64,000 nt of DNA from a virus (taxonomy: Duplodnaviria > Heunggongvirae > Uroviricota > Caudoviricetes), in the IMG/VR virus record IMGVR_UViG_3300042009_000026, positions 64,001-128,000 of that record; one strand, written 5' to 3'. The translations under genes were made by a program, and so were the position numbers. This document shows, one piece after another, positions 40,173 to 48,897 of this stretch (position 1 is the stretch's first letter; every line of letters starts with the position of its first letter). The notes beneath the pieces were generated by a model. The model made no database searches, was not told where the DNA came from, and was given only the letters and a program-made list of their open reading frames with translations.

Positions 40173-40502
40173 ATGCTATTACGTGAACACACCATCAATA
40201 TTGAATTGTTTGATATCAAATACACCTACGCTAAACTCAAACAGGTATTGGAACATAAGCTGAAAAAAGAGATTACCGATGGCGCACCTAAGATCATTTG
40301 GTGCATCAACGAAGATGCAACTCGTGCAGTAGTATATCGAATTGGTACGGATCAGTTCTCGCTTTATACCGAGGTAGCGAAGCAAGCTCATCCACAAGAC
40401 TGGGCATGGATAGATGAACGTTTTGGCCCGGATGATCTTCATCACCTAGCTAAGTCTGATGCTTATTTGGGATTGAAGCATCTTTATGCGGAGTCTGTAT
40501 GA
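40173..40502 (+). CDS. Hypothetical protein, paralogue 1 of 3
   Basis: KYT…IIW…IG…L pattern. Confidence 0.7.
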   Translation: MLLREHTINIELFDIKYTYAKLKQVLEHKLKKEITDGAPKIIWCINEDATRAVVYRIGTDQFSLYTEVAKQAHPQDWAWIDERFGPDDLHHLAKSDAYLGLKHLYAESV

Positions 40503-40876
40503 AAGCAGCAACTAAAGTCGTTACTCTGGAACAAACTGGATATACCAAGGAACAATTGTCTATCGTCTTCGAACAGTTAAAAGGTTATCCCCCGCCACCA
40601 TTCGGAATGGTTACGATCTTCTGGGTACTCTCCGGTTTTGGTAATCGCTTTATCAACATCTGGATTGGTGATGAGCAATTGGAATTACCTGTTACCCATA
40701 CAACTCTGTTACAAACAACTACAGATTTCCAGAATGCATTCAGAGAAGTAGTGGGTGAAGATCCCCCACTCAATGAAGTTCTGGTTAAACTTGCTATCTA
40801 CGATGTCAAACGTACCCTCAAGTGGCCACTGGTTGCTTACTATCAAAGTAAGATCAGCGAACTGGCGAACTTTTAA
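40499..40876 (+). CDS. Hypothetical protein, paralogue 2 of 3
   Basis: GYT…IFWVL…RFINIWIG…LELP…LAIYDV. Confidence 0.75.
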   Translation: MKAATKVVTLEQTGYTKEQLSIVFEQLKGYPPPPFGMVTIFWVLSGFGNRFINIWIGDEQLELPVTHTTLLQTTTDFQNAFREVVGEDPPLNEVLVKLAIYDVKRTLKWPLVAYYQSKISELANF

Positions 40877-41377
40877 ATGAACATCATGATTCCACCATGC
40901 ATGTTACCACATCGTCGTAAGACTAAAGAAGAAATACGACACGAAGAAAAAGTAACTATGGCTAACAAGATTATGAATTGTCTTGCTCGTCACCAACCAA
41001 AAAAGAAACGGAAAAAAGAAATGTCCCAGTTCGAACCCAAATCAGTAGTTGTTTCACAACGAGAAACTAAATACACTCCGACTGAGATCGGTGAATTCCT
41101 ATATCACCACACTGGTCGTCAACCAGCGCGGCTGGAAGGGCTTGTTATTACCTGGCATCTTGGTGAACTTAACTCACGCCAAATCAACTTCAAATGTGGT
41201 ACAACGTTAGATCTAACTTTGCCTGCAGAAATACACTATAAAGAAGATCCGGCTGTTGTAGAGAACTGGCTCTGCGATGATATTGAATCTCTGGCTTTCT
41301 ATGATGTGTGTCGTTTGATAGCTTTCTATCTGACAGAAGTTTATAAGCTGAAAATCCAGTCTCTGTGGGAACGATAG
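40877..41377 (+). CDS. Hypothetical protein, paralogue 3 of 3, with a basic N-terminal extension
   Basis: KYT…ITWHL…RQINFKCG…LTLP…LAFYDV. Confidence 0.75.
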   Translation: MNIMIPPCMLPHRRKTKEEIRHEEKVTMANKIMNCLARHQPKKKRKKEMSQFEPKSVVVSQRETKYTPTEIGEFLYHHTGRQPARLEGLVITWHLGELNSRQINFKCGTTLDLTLPAEIHYKEDPAVVENWLCDDIESLAFYDVCRLIAFYLTEVYKLKIQSLWER

Positions 41378-41432
41378 AATAATACTGACTACCACAACAC
41401 TCTGTGAATGTTTGTTGATGTGAAACTCTTGA

Positions 41433-41459
41433 AGTGCTACTTCGGTAGCACTATTTTTT
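41433..41459 (+). terminator. Canonical UUCG terminator with a U-tract, just upstream of the polymerase gene
   Basis: AGTGCTAC-TTCG-GTAGCACT-ATTTTTT. Confidence 0.85.
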
Positions 41460-41492
41460 CCTGAGTATCCGTCGACGCCTACAGAGGTGTAT

Positions 41493-43640
41493 ATGGCGCT
41501 ACCAGAATTACCTAATCCTTTTATGTTGCCTACCAGTGCGTACAAACGCGATCTGGACATCATTGAAGGGGCTATTGCCGACAATGCAAGGTACTTGCAA
41601 TTAATGACCCTGGCTGATTACGATCGGTGTGCAGTCTGGGTACGGGAACAGTTCCGTAAAGACGGGAAATTCCCACTGGTCGATCCTAAGACATTTGTTC
41701 TCGATAAGAACATGAATGGTGATCGGTCTAAGAAAACAACTTCGTTTATGGGTTTTATCAAACGAGTTGAGAAACAGAATCTATTGTTGTCGCCATCGTT
41801 GACAGCATACCTGCCAGAATCTGTTCGCCAATCTACTCACGCTATCTACATCAAAGAAGGTGTAGCTAACCGTAAGAAGGTTAAGGGCCAGCAAATGGCA
41901 GCAGAACAAGATGGTGACTTTGAACTTGCTTCCGTCCGTAAGGGTGAGCAAGAGAACTTCAAAATTAACAATAACTCCTACTCAGGAGCTACGGTTAGCG
42001 CCGCCACTATTCTGTACTACAAGTCTACACACTCTTCATTGACTTCGACCTGCCGTGTTGCAACGTCGTATGCTAACGCTAACAATGAAAAGTTCTTGAT
42101 GGGTAACCGTCATTATTACAACCCAGAAATCACCAAGGCAAATCTGGTATCGATCATTAACAACACAGACTACAATCTGCTGCAAATAGCGATCGATAAG
42201 TACGAACTGGTTTACCCTACCGCTGAAGATGTAGTAGAGATGTGTCTCTACTCGACTAAGCACTACTGGCAGAACCGTGTGTTTACTCAACACATCCGTC
42301 AGATGGCTATGGGCATGACCCCGATCCAACGTGCAGCTGTTATGTACGTAGGTGATCTGTATCACTTGAACAAGCATAACCCAATCCCTACCCGTCGGTT
42401 CCTGGAATCGATTGCACAGATTGGTGACAACACAAACACCATGACTCAAGAAGAATACGATAGCATTCGAGATGGTGACTTGAAGCTGTTGGTTAAGTTC
42501 CTGTGCTTCGAACAAGTACGTGGTCGTTCTGATGAACGTTTGGCTAATGAGAACCCTGAAGTCTTTGATTTGCTGCGCTCAACCTGTAAAGTGGTTGTAG
42601 ACGGTCTGGACTATCATCGTGATCTGATCAATGCGTTGTATCTGACTAAGAACATTCCTCACTCGATCCATGCATTCAAAGACTCGTATCGTCGTGCCGC
42701 AGTTATCTCCGACACTGACTCTACTATGTTTACGATGCAGTTCTGGGTAGAAGAGTTCCATGGCCGTATCTGCTTTACTCCAGAAGCTAAGCGTTTGGTG
42801 TTTGGTCTGGTGTTTCTGGTGTCTGAAGTTGTAATGCACATCTTGGCGATTCAATCTGCCAACATGGGTGTAGGTGAAGATAAGCTTCGTCTACTAGCGA
42901 TGAAGAACGAATACTACTTTGCTGTGTTGTCATTGACAACTCGGTCGAAGCACTACTTTGCATCTCAGGATGCGGTAGAAGGTATCATGTTCGAAATCTC
43001 TCGGATGGAAGTTAAGGGTGTGGGTCTACGAGATTCTAAAGTTCAGCCTTTCGTTAATAAGAAGGCTAAGAAACTGATGGGTCACATCATCGATTGTGTG
43101 AAGACCGAAACCCCTATTGACTTGCCAGCAATCTTGAAAGACATTGCGGATATGGAACGTAGCATTTATGTTTCTGTTCGTACAGGTAAATCGGAGTATC
43201 TGACTACAGGCCAGTGCAAACAAGCATCGGCATATAAGTCGGAAGAAGACAACGACACGTATAAGAAGTATTTGTTCTGGAAAGATGTGTTTGGTCCTTC
43301 GTATGGGGAAATCGCTAAACCTCCTTACTCGTTCTACAAGATCTCTTTGACCGCATCTAACCGGACGAAGATGAATGAGTGGTTCGATAGTATCGAAGAT
43401 AAGCGACTGGGCATGCGTCTGAAAGAATGGGCATTGGCTAACAACAAGACTGGCTTAACGTCGGTTAACGTTCCTGCTGGTATTGTCGAGAACATGGGTG
43501 TACCAGAAGTGATTACCCGTGTTGCTGACGTTCGTACTATTATCTCTAACACCATGGGTGTGTTCTATCTCATCATGGAATCCTTGGGGATCTTCTTGAT
43601 CGATGCGAATAACTCCCGACTGATCTCGGACTTCTATTAA
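41493..43640 (+). CDS. Family B DNA polymerase, polymerase-domain subunit of a split enzyme (phiKZ gp50-like)
   Basis: Motif B KINNNSYSG, motif C VISDTDS, KHY, EVKGV; no ExoI-III motifs seen. Confidence 0.88.
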   Translation: MALPELPNPFMLPTSAYKRDLDIIEGAIADNARYLQLMTLADYDRCAVWVREQFRKDGKFPLVDPKTFVLDKNMNGDRSKKTTSFMGFIKRVEKQNLLLSPSLTAYLPESVRQSTHAIYIKEGVANRKKVKGQQMAAEQDGDFELASVRKGEQENFKINNNSYSGATVSAATILYYKSTHSSLTSTCRVATSYANANNEKFLMGNRHYYNPEITKANLVSIINNTDYNLLQIAIDKYELVYPTAEDVVEMCLYSTKHYWQNRVFTQHIRQMAMGMTPIQRAAVMYVGDLYHLNKHNPIPTRRFLESIAQIGDNTNTMTQEEYDSIRDGDLKLLVKFLCFEQVRGRSDERLANENPEVFDLLRSTCKVVVDGLDYHRDLINALYLTKNIPHSIHAFKDSYRRAAVISDTDSTMFTMQFWVEEFHGRICFTPEAKRLVFGLVFLVSEVVMHILAIQSANMGVGEDKLRLLAMKNEYYFAVLSLTTRSKHYFASQDAVEGIMFEISRMEVKGVGLRDSKVQPFVNKKAKKLMGHIIDCVKTETPIDLPAILKDIADMERSIYVSVRTGKSEYLTTGQCKQASAYKSEEDNDTYKKYLFWKDVFGPSYGEIAKPPYSFYKISLTASNRTKMNEWFDSIEDKRLGMRLKEWALANNKTGLTSVNVPAGIVENMGVPEVITRVADVRTIISNTMGVFYLIMESLGIFLIDANNSRLISDFY

Positions 43641-44440
43641 TGGATTTTGAAACTGTACATCCTTTACCGCTGGACATTCGTGAACGTGTTATAAAAGAAC
43701 TACGGCGTATTGAGACAGATTACAATGTAACTGTCTTGTATGCGTGTGAGTCTGGTAGCCGCGCATGGGGTTTTGCTTCCACTAACAGTGATTTCGATGT
43801 ACGGTTTGTTTATGTGCCGAAGATTGATTGGCACATAGACCTGGATCGTCAACGTAACGTGATTGAGTCACAAATCCCTGAATACGATCTGGATGTCAGT
43901 GGTTGGTCATTGGGTAAAACGTTGGGCCTGTTGCGTAAGTCCAACCCAGCTCTGCTGGAATGGCTAGGTTCTCCACTGGTATACATGCATACCCAGGAAA
44001 GAGAAACGCTGAAAGAATTGGCCCTCCGTCAATTCAATCCTGATGCTGCATTCAATCACTATCGGAATTTGGCAAGTGGTACGTGGAAACGATTCATCTG
44101 GGATCATGACGATGTCATTTACAAGAAGTACTTCTACGCACTACGCCCATTGTTTGCACTCGAATGGGTATTGAAGTATCGAACAATGCCACCAACTGAA
44201 TATGAACAGTTAGTAGCCGACTATTCTCCATCACCAGCTCTACAAGTAGCATTGGATGAATTGATGGAACTAAAGCGAGCAGGCTACGAAACTCGCGTTG
44301 GTCCACGCATTGCTGTATTGGATAATTTCATCTGGACTCGCTTGGCTGAGCTGAAAGATGTTGACGTTGAACCACCAGAAAGACCTGACGATGAACTATT
44401 GAATGAGTTCTTCCGCAAGACTGTCCGCAAATACGATTAA
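43640..44440 (+). CDS. Pol-beta superfamily nucleotidyltransferase (Nuc-transf/RlaP/NrdC.11-like)
   Basis: YACESGSRAWGFASTNSDFDVRFVY, DVSGW, KSNPALLEWLGSP, KKYFYALRP. Confidence 0.9.
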   Translation: MDFETVHPLPLDIRERVIKELRRIETDYNVTVLYACESGSRAWGFASTNSDFDVRFVYVPKIDWHIDLDRQRNVIESQIPEYDLDVSGWSLGKTLGLLRKSNPALLEWLGSPLVYMHTQERETLKELALRQFNPDAAFNHYRNLASGTWKRFIWDHDDVIYKKYFYALRPLFALEWVLKYRTMPPTEYEQLVADYSPSPALQVALDELMELKRAGYETRVGPRIAVLDNFIWTRLAELKDVDVEPPERPDDELLNEFFRKTVRKYD

Positions 44441-44445
44441 TCTAG

Positions 44446-44470
44446 GGCTCACCTTCGGGTGGGCTTTATG
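44446..44470 (+). terminator. UUCG hairpin followed by TTTATG
   Basis: GGCTCACC-TTCG-GGTGGGCT. Confidence 0.75.
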
Positions 44471-44478
44471 AGGGCTTT

Positions 44479-44874
44479 ATGAATTTCGATGTGATCTTTA
44501 AAGTTGGCGAAGTATGTAAATGGCGTTGTATGGTATCGGAAGAATGCCTTGACCCAACAACAGGTATCACTACGGCAAAGTGGTATGACGCTATTGTTCA
44601 TGAAACATTCGGTTCTGCAATGACACTGTACATTGTCAATGACCATGGTGAATCTAAACCCGTTCCTCACTACGATGCAGGCGAATGGAAAGGTTGCTCG
44701 AACATTGGTATTCTCAATCCTGAACTGGCTACTGAGCGCATGCGTGCTTATGTTCAGAAGAAGATCAGTAACCAAAAAGCCGATCATCAACGCCAAATGA
44801 ACGACCTCCGTAATGAAATGCGGGCGATTGACATCAAAGGCTTCGAAGAAGAAATACCCACCAACCCCATTTAA
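44479..44874 (+). CDS. Hypothetical protein (FKVGE beta-barrel-like start, coiled-coil end)
   Basis: GAGGG RBS. Confidence 0.7.
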   Translation: MNFDVIFKVGEVCKWRCMVSEECLDPTTGITTAKWYDAIVHETFGSAMTLYIVNDHGESKPVPHYDAGEWKGCSNIGILNPELATERMRAYVQKKISNQKADHQRQMNDLRNEMRAIDIKGFEEEIPTNPI

Positions 44875-44889
44875 TGTAAGAGGTATGCC

Positions 44890-45993
44890 ATGCAACATTC
44901 AGACGACTACGAACCAACAGAAGCCGAAGAATGGGCTGCTGGATATGAACACCTCGACAAAGTCTACGCAGAAGAACAAGCAGTCTTGTTATCTTCACTA
45001 GCGATCAATCATAATCTCAAGGAAAAAGGTCTCATGCAAGTCATCAATACCGTAATCGATAATTCCCAATCCGCTGAATTCGCTGCCATTTCAGCTAACC
45101 AAATGCTCGCAACCAATGAAGCCCCTGCACCAGATGACGATGGTGGCGTGTGGTTCGAAGGTGCTGATATGGAAGCTATCCTGTCACAACCTACACAGGA
45201 ACTCCAGTCGGCAAAGGTTCATGAAATTCTTTCTTCGGGTGCTGTACATACACCAAAAGATCCTAGCTATAACACTGAAGGTCCATTCACTCCGCCTGCA
45301 GAAGTTATCGGCATGTCCGATGAGAAGCAATTCAGTGGCACCGATCTCGCTGCTGCTTTCTTGGAAGCTAAAGAAAAACTGGGTGGTGATGCTGTAGTTA
45401 TGGACTCTCTGGAGGATGTAGTAGCCGCTACCGCTACTAATTCCACCATTAAGCCTCCAACCAAGAAACAATTGAAGGCTCAGAAGCATCTGCAAAAGAA
45501 CATGCAGTCCTACATGAAGAAAGCGCAAAAACAAGCGCAGACTCAGCATATCCTGAACAAGCTGTACACTCACTCGATCCGTACTCCGGAACAAGCACGA
45601 CAAATCCATGCAGCACAGTTGGCTAAAGCAGAGATCATCGAGAAACTCGGTCAGCGTCAAGCTGATGCATTCTTCGCAGCCAAGCCTGAAACCAAATGCC
45701 ATGACTTCTTCCCGAAGCCGACTATCGAAGCTAACCCTACTCTGATGACTTCGGTACAAGGTGAATCCCGTACTCTTGCACAAGTCTACGAGTACTTTAT
45801 CTACAAGCATTTCATGTTGCTGACCAAGAAAGCAGAAACTCCATTCGAAGGTGATCTGAATACATCTGTCGATTGGGCTAATGCCGAAGTCAAACCTTAC
45901 GTTGTTTACGAAGAGGACGCACCAGTTGAAGAAGCACAAGCCGAAACCACAGAAAGTACGTACTCCGAAGAAGACGAAAAAGAAGCTGCTTGA
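44890..45993 (+). CDS. Acidic, largely low-complexity hypothetical protein
   Basis: 367 aa; AGAGG RBS; acidic ends with a K/Q-rich helix. Confidence 0.8.
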   Translation: MQHSDDYEPTEAEEWAAGYEHLDKVYAEEQAVLLSSLAINHNLKEKGLMQVINTVIDNSQSAEFAAISANQMLATNEAPAPDDDGGVWFEGADMEAILSQPTQELQSAKVHEILSSGAVHTPKDPSYNTEGPFTPPAEVIGMSDEKQFSGTDLAAAFLEAKEKLGGDAVVMDSLEDVVAATATNSTIKPPTKKQLKAQKHLQKNMQSYMKKAQKQAQTQHILNKLYTHSIRTPEQARQIHAAQLAKAEIIEKLGQRQADAFFAAKPETKCHDFFPKPTIEANPTLMTSVQGESRTLAQVYEYFIYKHFMLLTKKAETPFEGDLNTSVDWANAEVKPYVVYEEDAPVEEAQAETTESTYSEEDEKEAA

Positions 45994-46030
45994 TACCTAC
46001 CATCACCACACCGGTCCTGGTAGTGGTTCA

Positions 46031-46183
46031 ATGATAGCAAGTAAAGTCTGGGGTAGTATCAAACGTGCGCAGGTTGGTCACAAAGAACGTACATTCTCTG
46101 AATCTATGGATCGTGCCAGCAGGTTGCCAACTTCTGGAATCTTTCATCCAGAATACGAAGCTCATGACTGCTTGACCATTTAA
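46031..46183 (+). CDS. Possible 50-aa protein
   Basis: Fills the gap before the terminator; weak RBS. Confidence 0.3.
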   Translation: MIASKVWGSIKRAQVGHKERTFSESMDRASRLPTSGIFHPEYEAHDCLTI

Positions 46184-46186
46184 CAG

Positions 46187-46220
46187 CATAAAGCCTTCCC
46201 CTAGGGGAAGGCACTTATGT
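46187..46220. terminator. Bidirectional hairpin with CATA/TATG flanks
   Basis: GCCTTCCC-CTAG-GGGAAGGC; TATG overlaps the minus-strand stop. Confidence 0.8.
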
Positions 46221-47294
46221 CAGTTCACGGATTAGGTCTTCGACGTCTTTAATCAAACGTTGCATCATTGGTGAGCTTCCATTCATCTTAAGTGTTTGCG
46301 AATGAACAGACTCACGGAGTTCATGTAGAATTTCGTTGGTCTGTGTTCTATCGTAACTAGGTGCTTGCTTTAAGCTGTCTACTAGATACTTGATGAAAGG
46401 AACTCGTGCTAATGCCAGTGCCCACTCATTCTGTACTGTCACAGGTCCCTTGGGCAGTTGTAGGACTTCATACAAAGAATCCTTCAGCAGCATAGGGGTC
46501 ATCTGTGCAAGCTCTACCACCATCCCTGTACGCATTGTTCGTTGACTCAATGTATTCTTGGCCATGTTATCAGTAACAGGTGTTAGGTCAGGAATATAGA
46601 AAGGATGCGGTAATGGATATTTAGTGGCGGGGAGTTTATAAGCCATGCGCGACAAGCGGTTGAAATAAGCAATCTCCAAATAGGATTCCAAGCAATTAAC
46701 CAACGCATAGGAACCAATGAACTTGTACATGTTGATCTCTTCAGGTTCTACAGTGCCAAAGTTCTGAAACACCCAATGTCGGTATTGAACCAACAGCATT
46801 GGAATATTAATCAACAAAACACCATAGCCTTTACCTGGAGTACGATTGTTCATAATGGGCAGGTTGATATCACTACGTGAATGATAGAGGTATCGTAAAG
46901 GTTTTAGATCTCGCCAACTGGCCTTAAGGTTAGTCGTAGGGAATCGTTCGATAGATGAGATAACCACTTCTTCACACTGTGGACCGAGTGTGGCTCCTGT
47001 CGTAAATATCTTTCCTCTATTAATAGCATCACATAGACCCAGAGTACGGATTAAGCCTCTGGCTTGATCTTCAACTTTCTTTGCCCACGCTGCATCATCA
47101 CTCCGAAACTCCAAAACGAAATGTCTGATAATCATGGCTACTAGATTTGTACTGTCCACTATCTTGGGGAAACGCCGATAGTAGTTTGTTACGTCCTGAA
47201 TCTGCTGCTTTACTTGCCGCTGGATATAGGGACGTTTGGGATCATACGTGACCCCCTTGCTACCAATTGGGTCTTCGCGAAATAATGCGTACAT
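46215..47294 (-). CDS. Virion/core protein (phiKZ gp52-like)
   Basis: MYALF…; lone minus-strand gene two genes upstream of chimallin. Confidence 0.6.
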   Translation of the reverse strand: MYALFREDPIGSKGVTYDPKRPYIQRQVKQQIQDVTNYYRRFPKIVDSTNLVAMIIRHFVLEFRSDDAAWAKKVEDQARGLIRTLGLCDAINRGKIFTTGATLGPQCEEVVISSIERFPTTNLKASWRDLKPLRYLYHSRSDINLPIMNNRTPGKGYGVLLINIPMLLVQYRHWVFQNFGTVEPEEINMYKFIGSYALVNCLESYLEIAYFNRLSRMAYKLPATKYPLPHPFYIPDLTPVTDNMAKNTLSQRTMRTGMVVELAQMTPMLLKDSLYEVLQLPKGPVTVQNEWALALARVPFIKYLVDSLKQAPSYDRTQTNEILHELRESVHSQTLKMNGSSPMMQRLIKDVEDLIRELT

Positions 47295-47307
47295 GTTAAA
47301 TGTCCAT

Positions 47308-47333
47308 TGGAAAAAAAGTCAGATCTATATTAT
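47308..47333 (+). promoter_or_regulatory. Extended early-promoter variant
   Basis: TGGAAAAAAAGTCAGATCTATATTAT. Confidence 0.7.
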
Positions 47334-47365
47334 TAATTTGCTAATCCCAGCTGTAAGGATTCTCA

Positions 47366-48625
47366 ATGTTTACTAACGCTTACAAATTGGCATGTGCTAC
47401 TGGCTTTAAAGGCACAGAACAGGATTTCATCGCCGCTCTTCGCCACGCCCCCAAAAAGGAAAGCAACATGGACTACGGTCAAACCAAACTTTCGTCTGAC
47501 TCCCCTCGTTGTGACTGCTCCGGTTGCAAACCGGCTAATCACAGTACAGCCATGCTGCCTCCAGTATCCATCTCTAAAGAGGAACACCCGATGCAAAACA
47601 TTTCCCCTGATAACTTCATGGCACTGGTCAATTCCCTTCTCAGTGGTGGTCAGCTGCCTCGTTCCAGTGTAACTCCTTCTCTGAGTGAAGCACGTCAGAA
47701 TATGTCAGGTGATATGGGTATGCACTACGCCCCAAATCAACAGTTTGCTGGCGAGCCAAAGAACTATGAGATTCCTGAAAAGATTATTGCATCTGGTCAA
47801 CACTCGACCATTCACAATTTCGTAACACTTAAAATGATTCCAGCTTTCCTGCAGAAGCTGGCTGATGCTATCAATGCATACAGTGGCTTTGATCTGATCC
47901 GTGAACAACGTAAGATCATTGCCCGTCTGAGTAAGCTGATGTCTTACCAGGCTCGTCCAATGAGCATCATTCCAACTGCGATTCATGATGAATTCGAAAT
48001 GAGCATCTATAAGCATTACATTGCTCAGCAGATCTGTTCGACTAATCTTAGCGTAGAAGAAGGCACTAAACGTGTCATCGCCGCACAAGACGCCTTGGAT
48101 GCCCGTCGGGAAGCTTGCCGTATTAATGAAGAGAAGCAAGCAGAAGCTAAACGTGAAAAAGAAGTGCGTACTGCTGCCCAAGATGAACTGGCTGACGTAT
48201 TGAAAGACATGGGTAAGCTTTCCGCTACTGAATTGTCCTTGCGTCTGCGCGGTATTGCCGAACAGGTTAACCCTACTCCAGTTGTTGTGCAGGACAGCAG
48301 CAATCAAACGGTAGCTGCACCAGCAGTAACTGCCAAGGATGCATATAAAGAAGTCCTTGATTCGGTTGATCCAAAGCACTCTGATATCAAGATCAGCCTG
48401 AACCCAGGTAACAGTCGTTCTCTGGATGAGATCATTCCGCCACACATGCGTTTGTTCGGTGCACAGACGCCTCCGCTCACTGCTGAACAGATCTCCAGTT
48501 TCCTGTCTGGTGGTACATTCACTCATGACGGTCGTCGTGGTACTATCGGCCTGCACGATCTGCATCCAATGGATGGCCCTATGGGTCAAGGTATGATGTC
48601 ACACCACTTCGCTAATCAGGATTAA
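47366..48625 (+). CDS. Hypothetical protein upstream of chimallin (gp53 position)
   Basis: 419 aa; AAGGA RBS; AYxxAxxxGFxGT motif, CDCSGC, central coiled coil. Confidence 0.75.
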   Translation: MFTNAYKLACATGFKGTEQDFIAALRHAPKKESNMDYGQTKLSSDSPRCDCSGCKPANHSTAMLPPVSISKEEHPMQNISPDNFMALVNSLLSGGQLPRSSVTPSLSEARQNMSGDMGMHYAPNQQFAGEPKNYEIPEKIIASGQHSTIHNFVTLKMIPAFLQKLADAINAYSGFDLIREQRKIIARLSKLMSYQARPMSIIPTAIHDEFEMSIYKHYIAQQICSTNLSVEEGTKRVIAAQDALDARREACRINEEKQAEAKREKEVRTAAQDELADVLKDMGKLSATELSLRLRGIAEQVNPTPVVVQDSSNQTVAAPAVTAKDAYKEVLDSVDPKHSDIKISLNPGNSRSLDEIIPPHMRLFGAQTPPLTAEQISSFLSGGTFTHDGRRGTIGLHDLHPMDGPMGQGMMSHHFANQD

Positions 48626-48633
48626 AATACTGA

Positions 48634-48795
48634 CAGCTATCATTTAATACAGGAGATTGCCGAAAGGTTCTCGAATGGTTAAGTGTATGGCCCGCACCTT
48701 AGGCGAGTTCACTTAATAGTGTTTGTTGTGTGCTATTATATAGCAGACAAACTCGTCTGAAACCTTAGCGCTTATTGCGCTGTAGTTATAGCCTG
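48634..48795 (+). ncRNA. Candidate structured RNA element upstream of the chmA promoter
   Basis: Four hairpins inside a closing stem, found by eye; expression unverified. Confidence 0.4.
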
Positions 48796-48797
48796 AA

Positions 48798-48825
48798 TGG
48801 AAAAAATCTCAGATCTATATTACTA
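48798..48825 (+). promoter_or_regulatory. Extended early promoter of chmA
   Basis: TGGAAAAAATCTCAGATCTATATTACTA, identical to 59095-59122. Confidence 0.85.
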
Positions 48826-48897
48826 CATTGAATCTACTCAGCAATTGAATAGACTCTTCTCTTGATCAAGAAAACGAATTCGTAAAAGGAAAGCAAC

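Noticed and set aside
4625-43640. Inteins or introns in nrdA, terL and the DNA polymerase
   Set aside because: Lengths are normal, motifs are contiguous, and there are no intein or homing-endonuclease signatures
5078-48589. Other long opposite-strand ORFs (5078-5851, 12258-13112, 30619-31728, 45184-45939, 47705-48589)
   Set aside because: Fully overlap well-supported genes and lack independent signals
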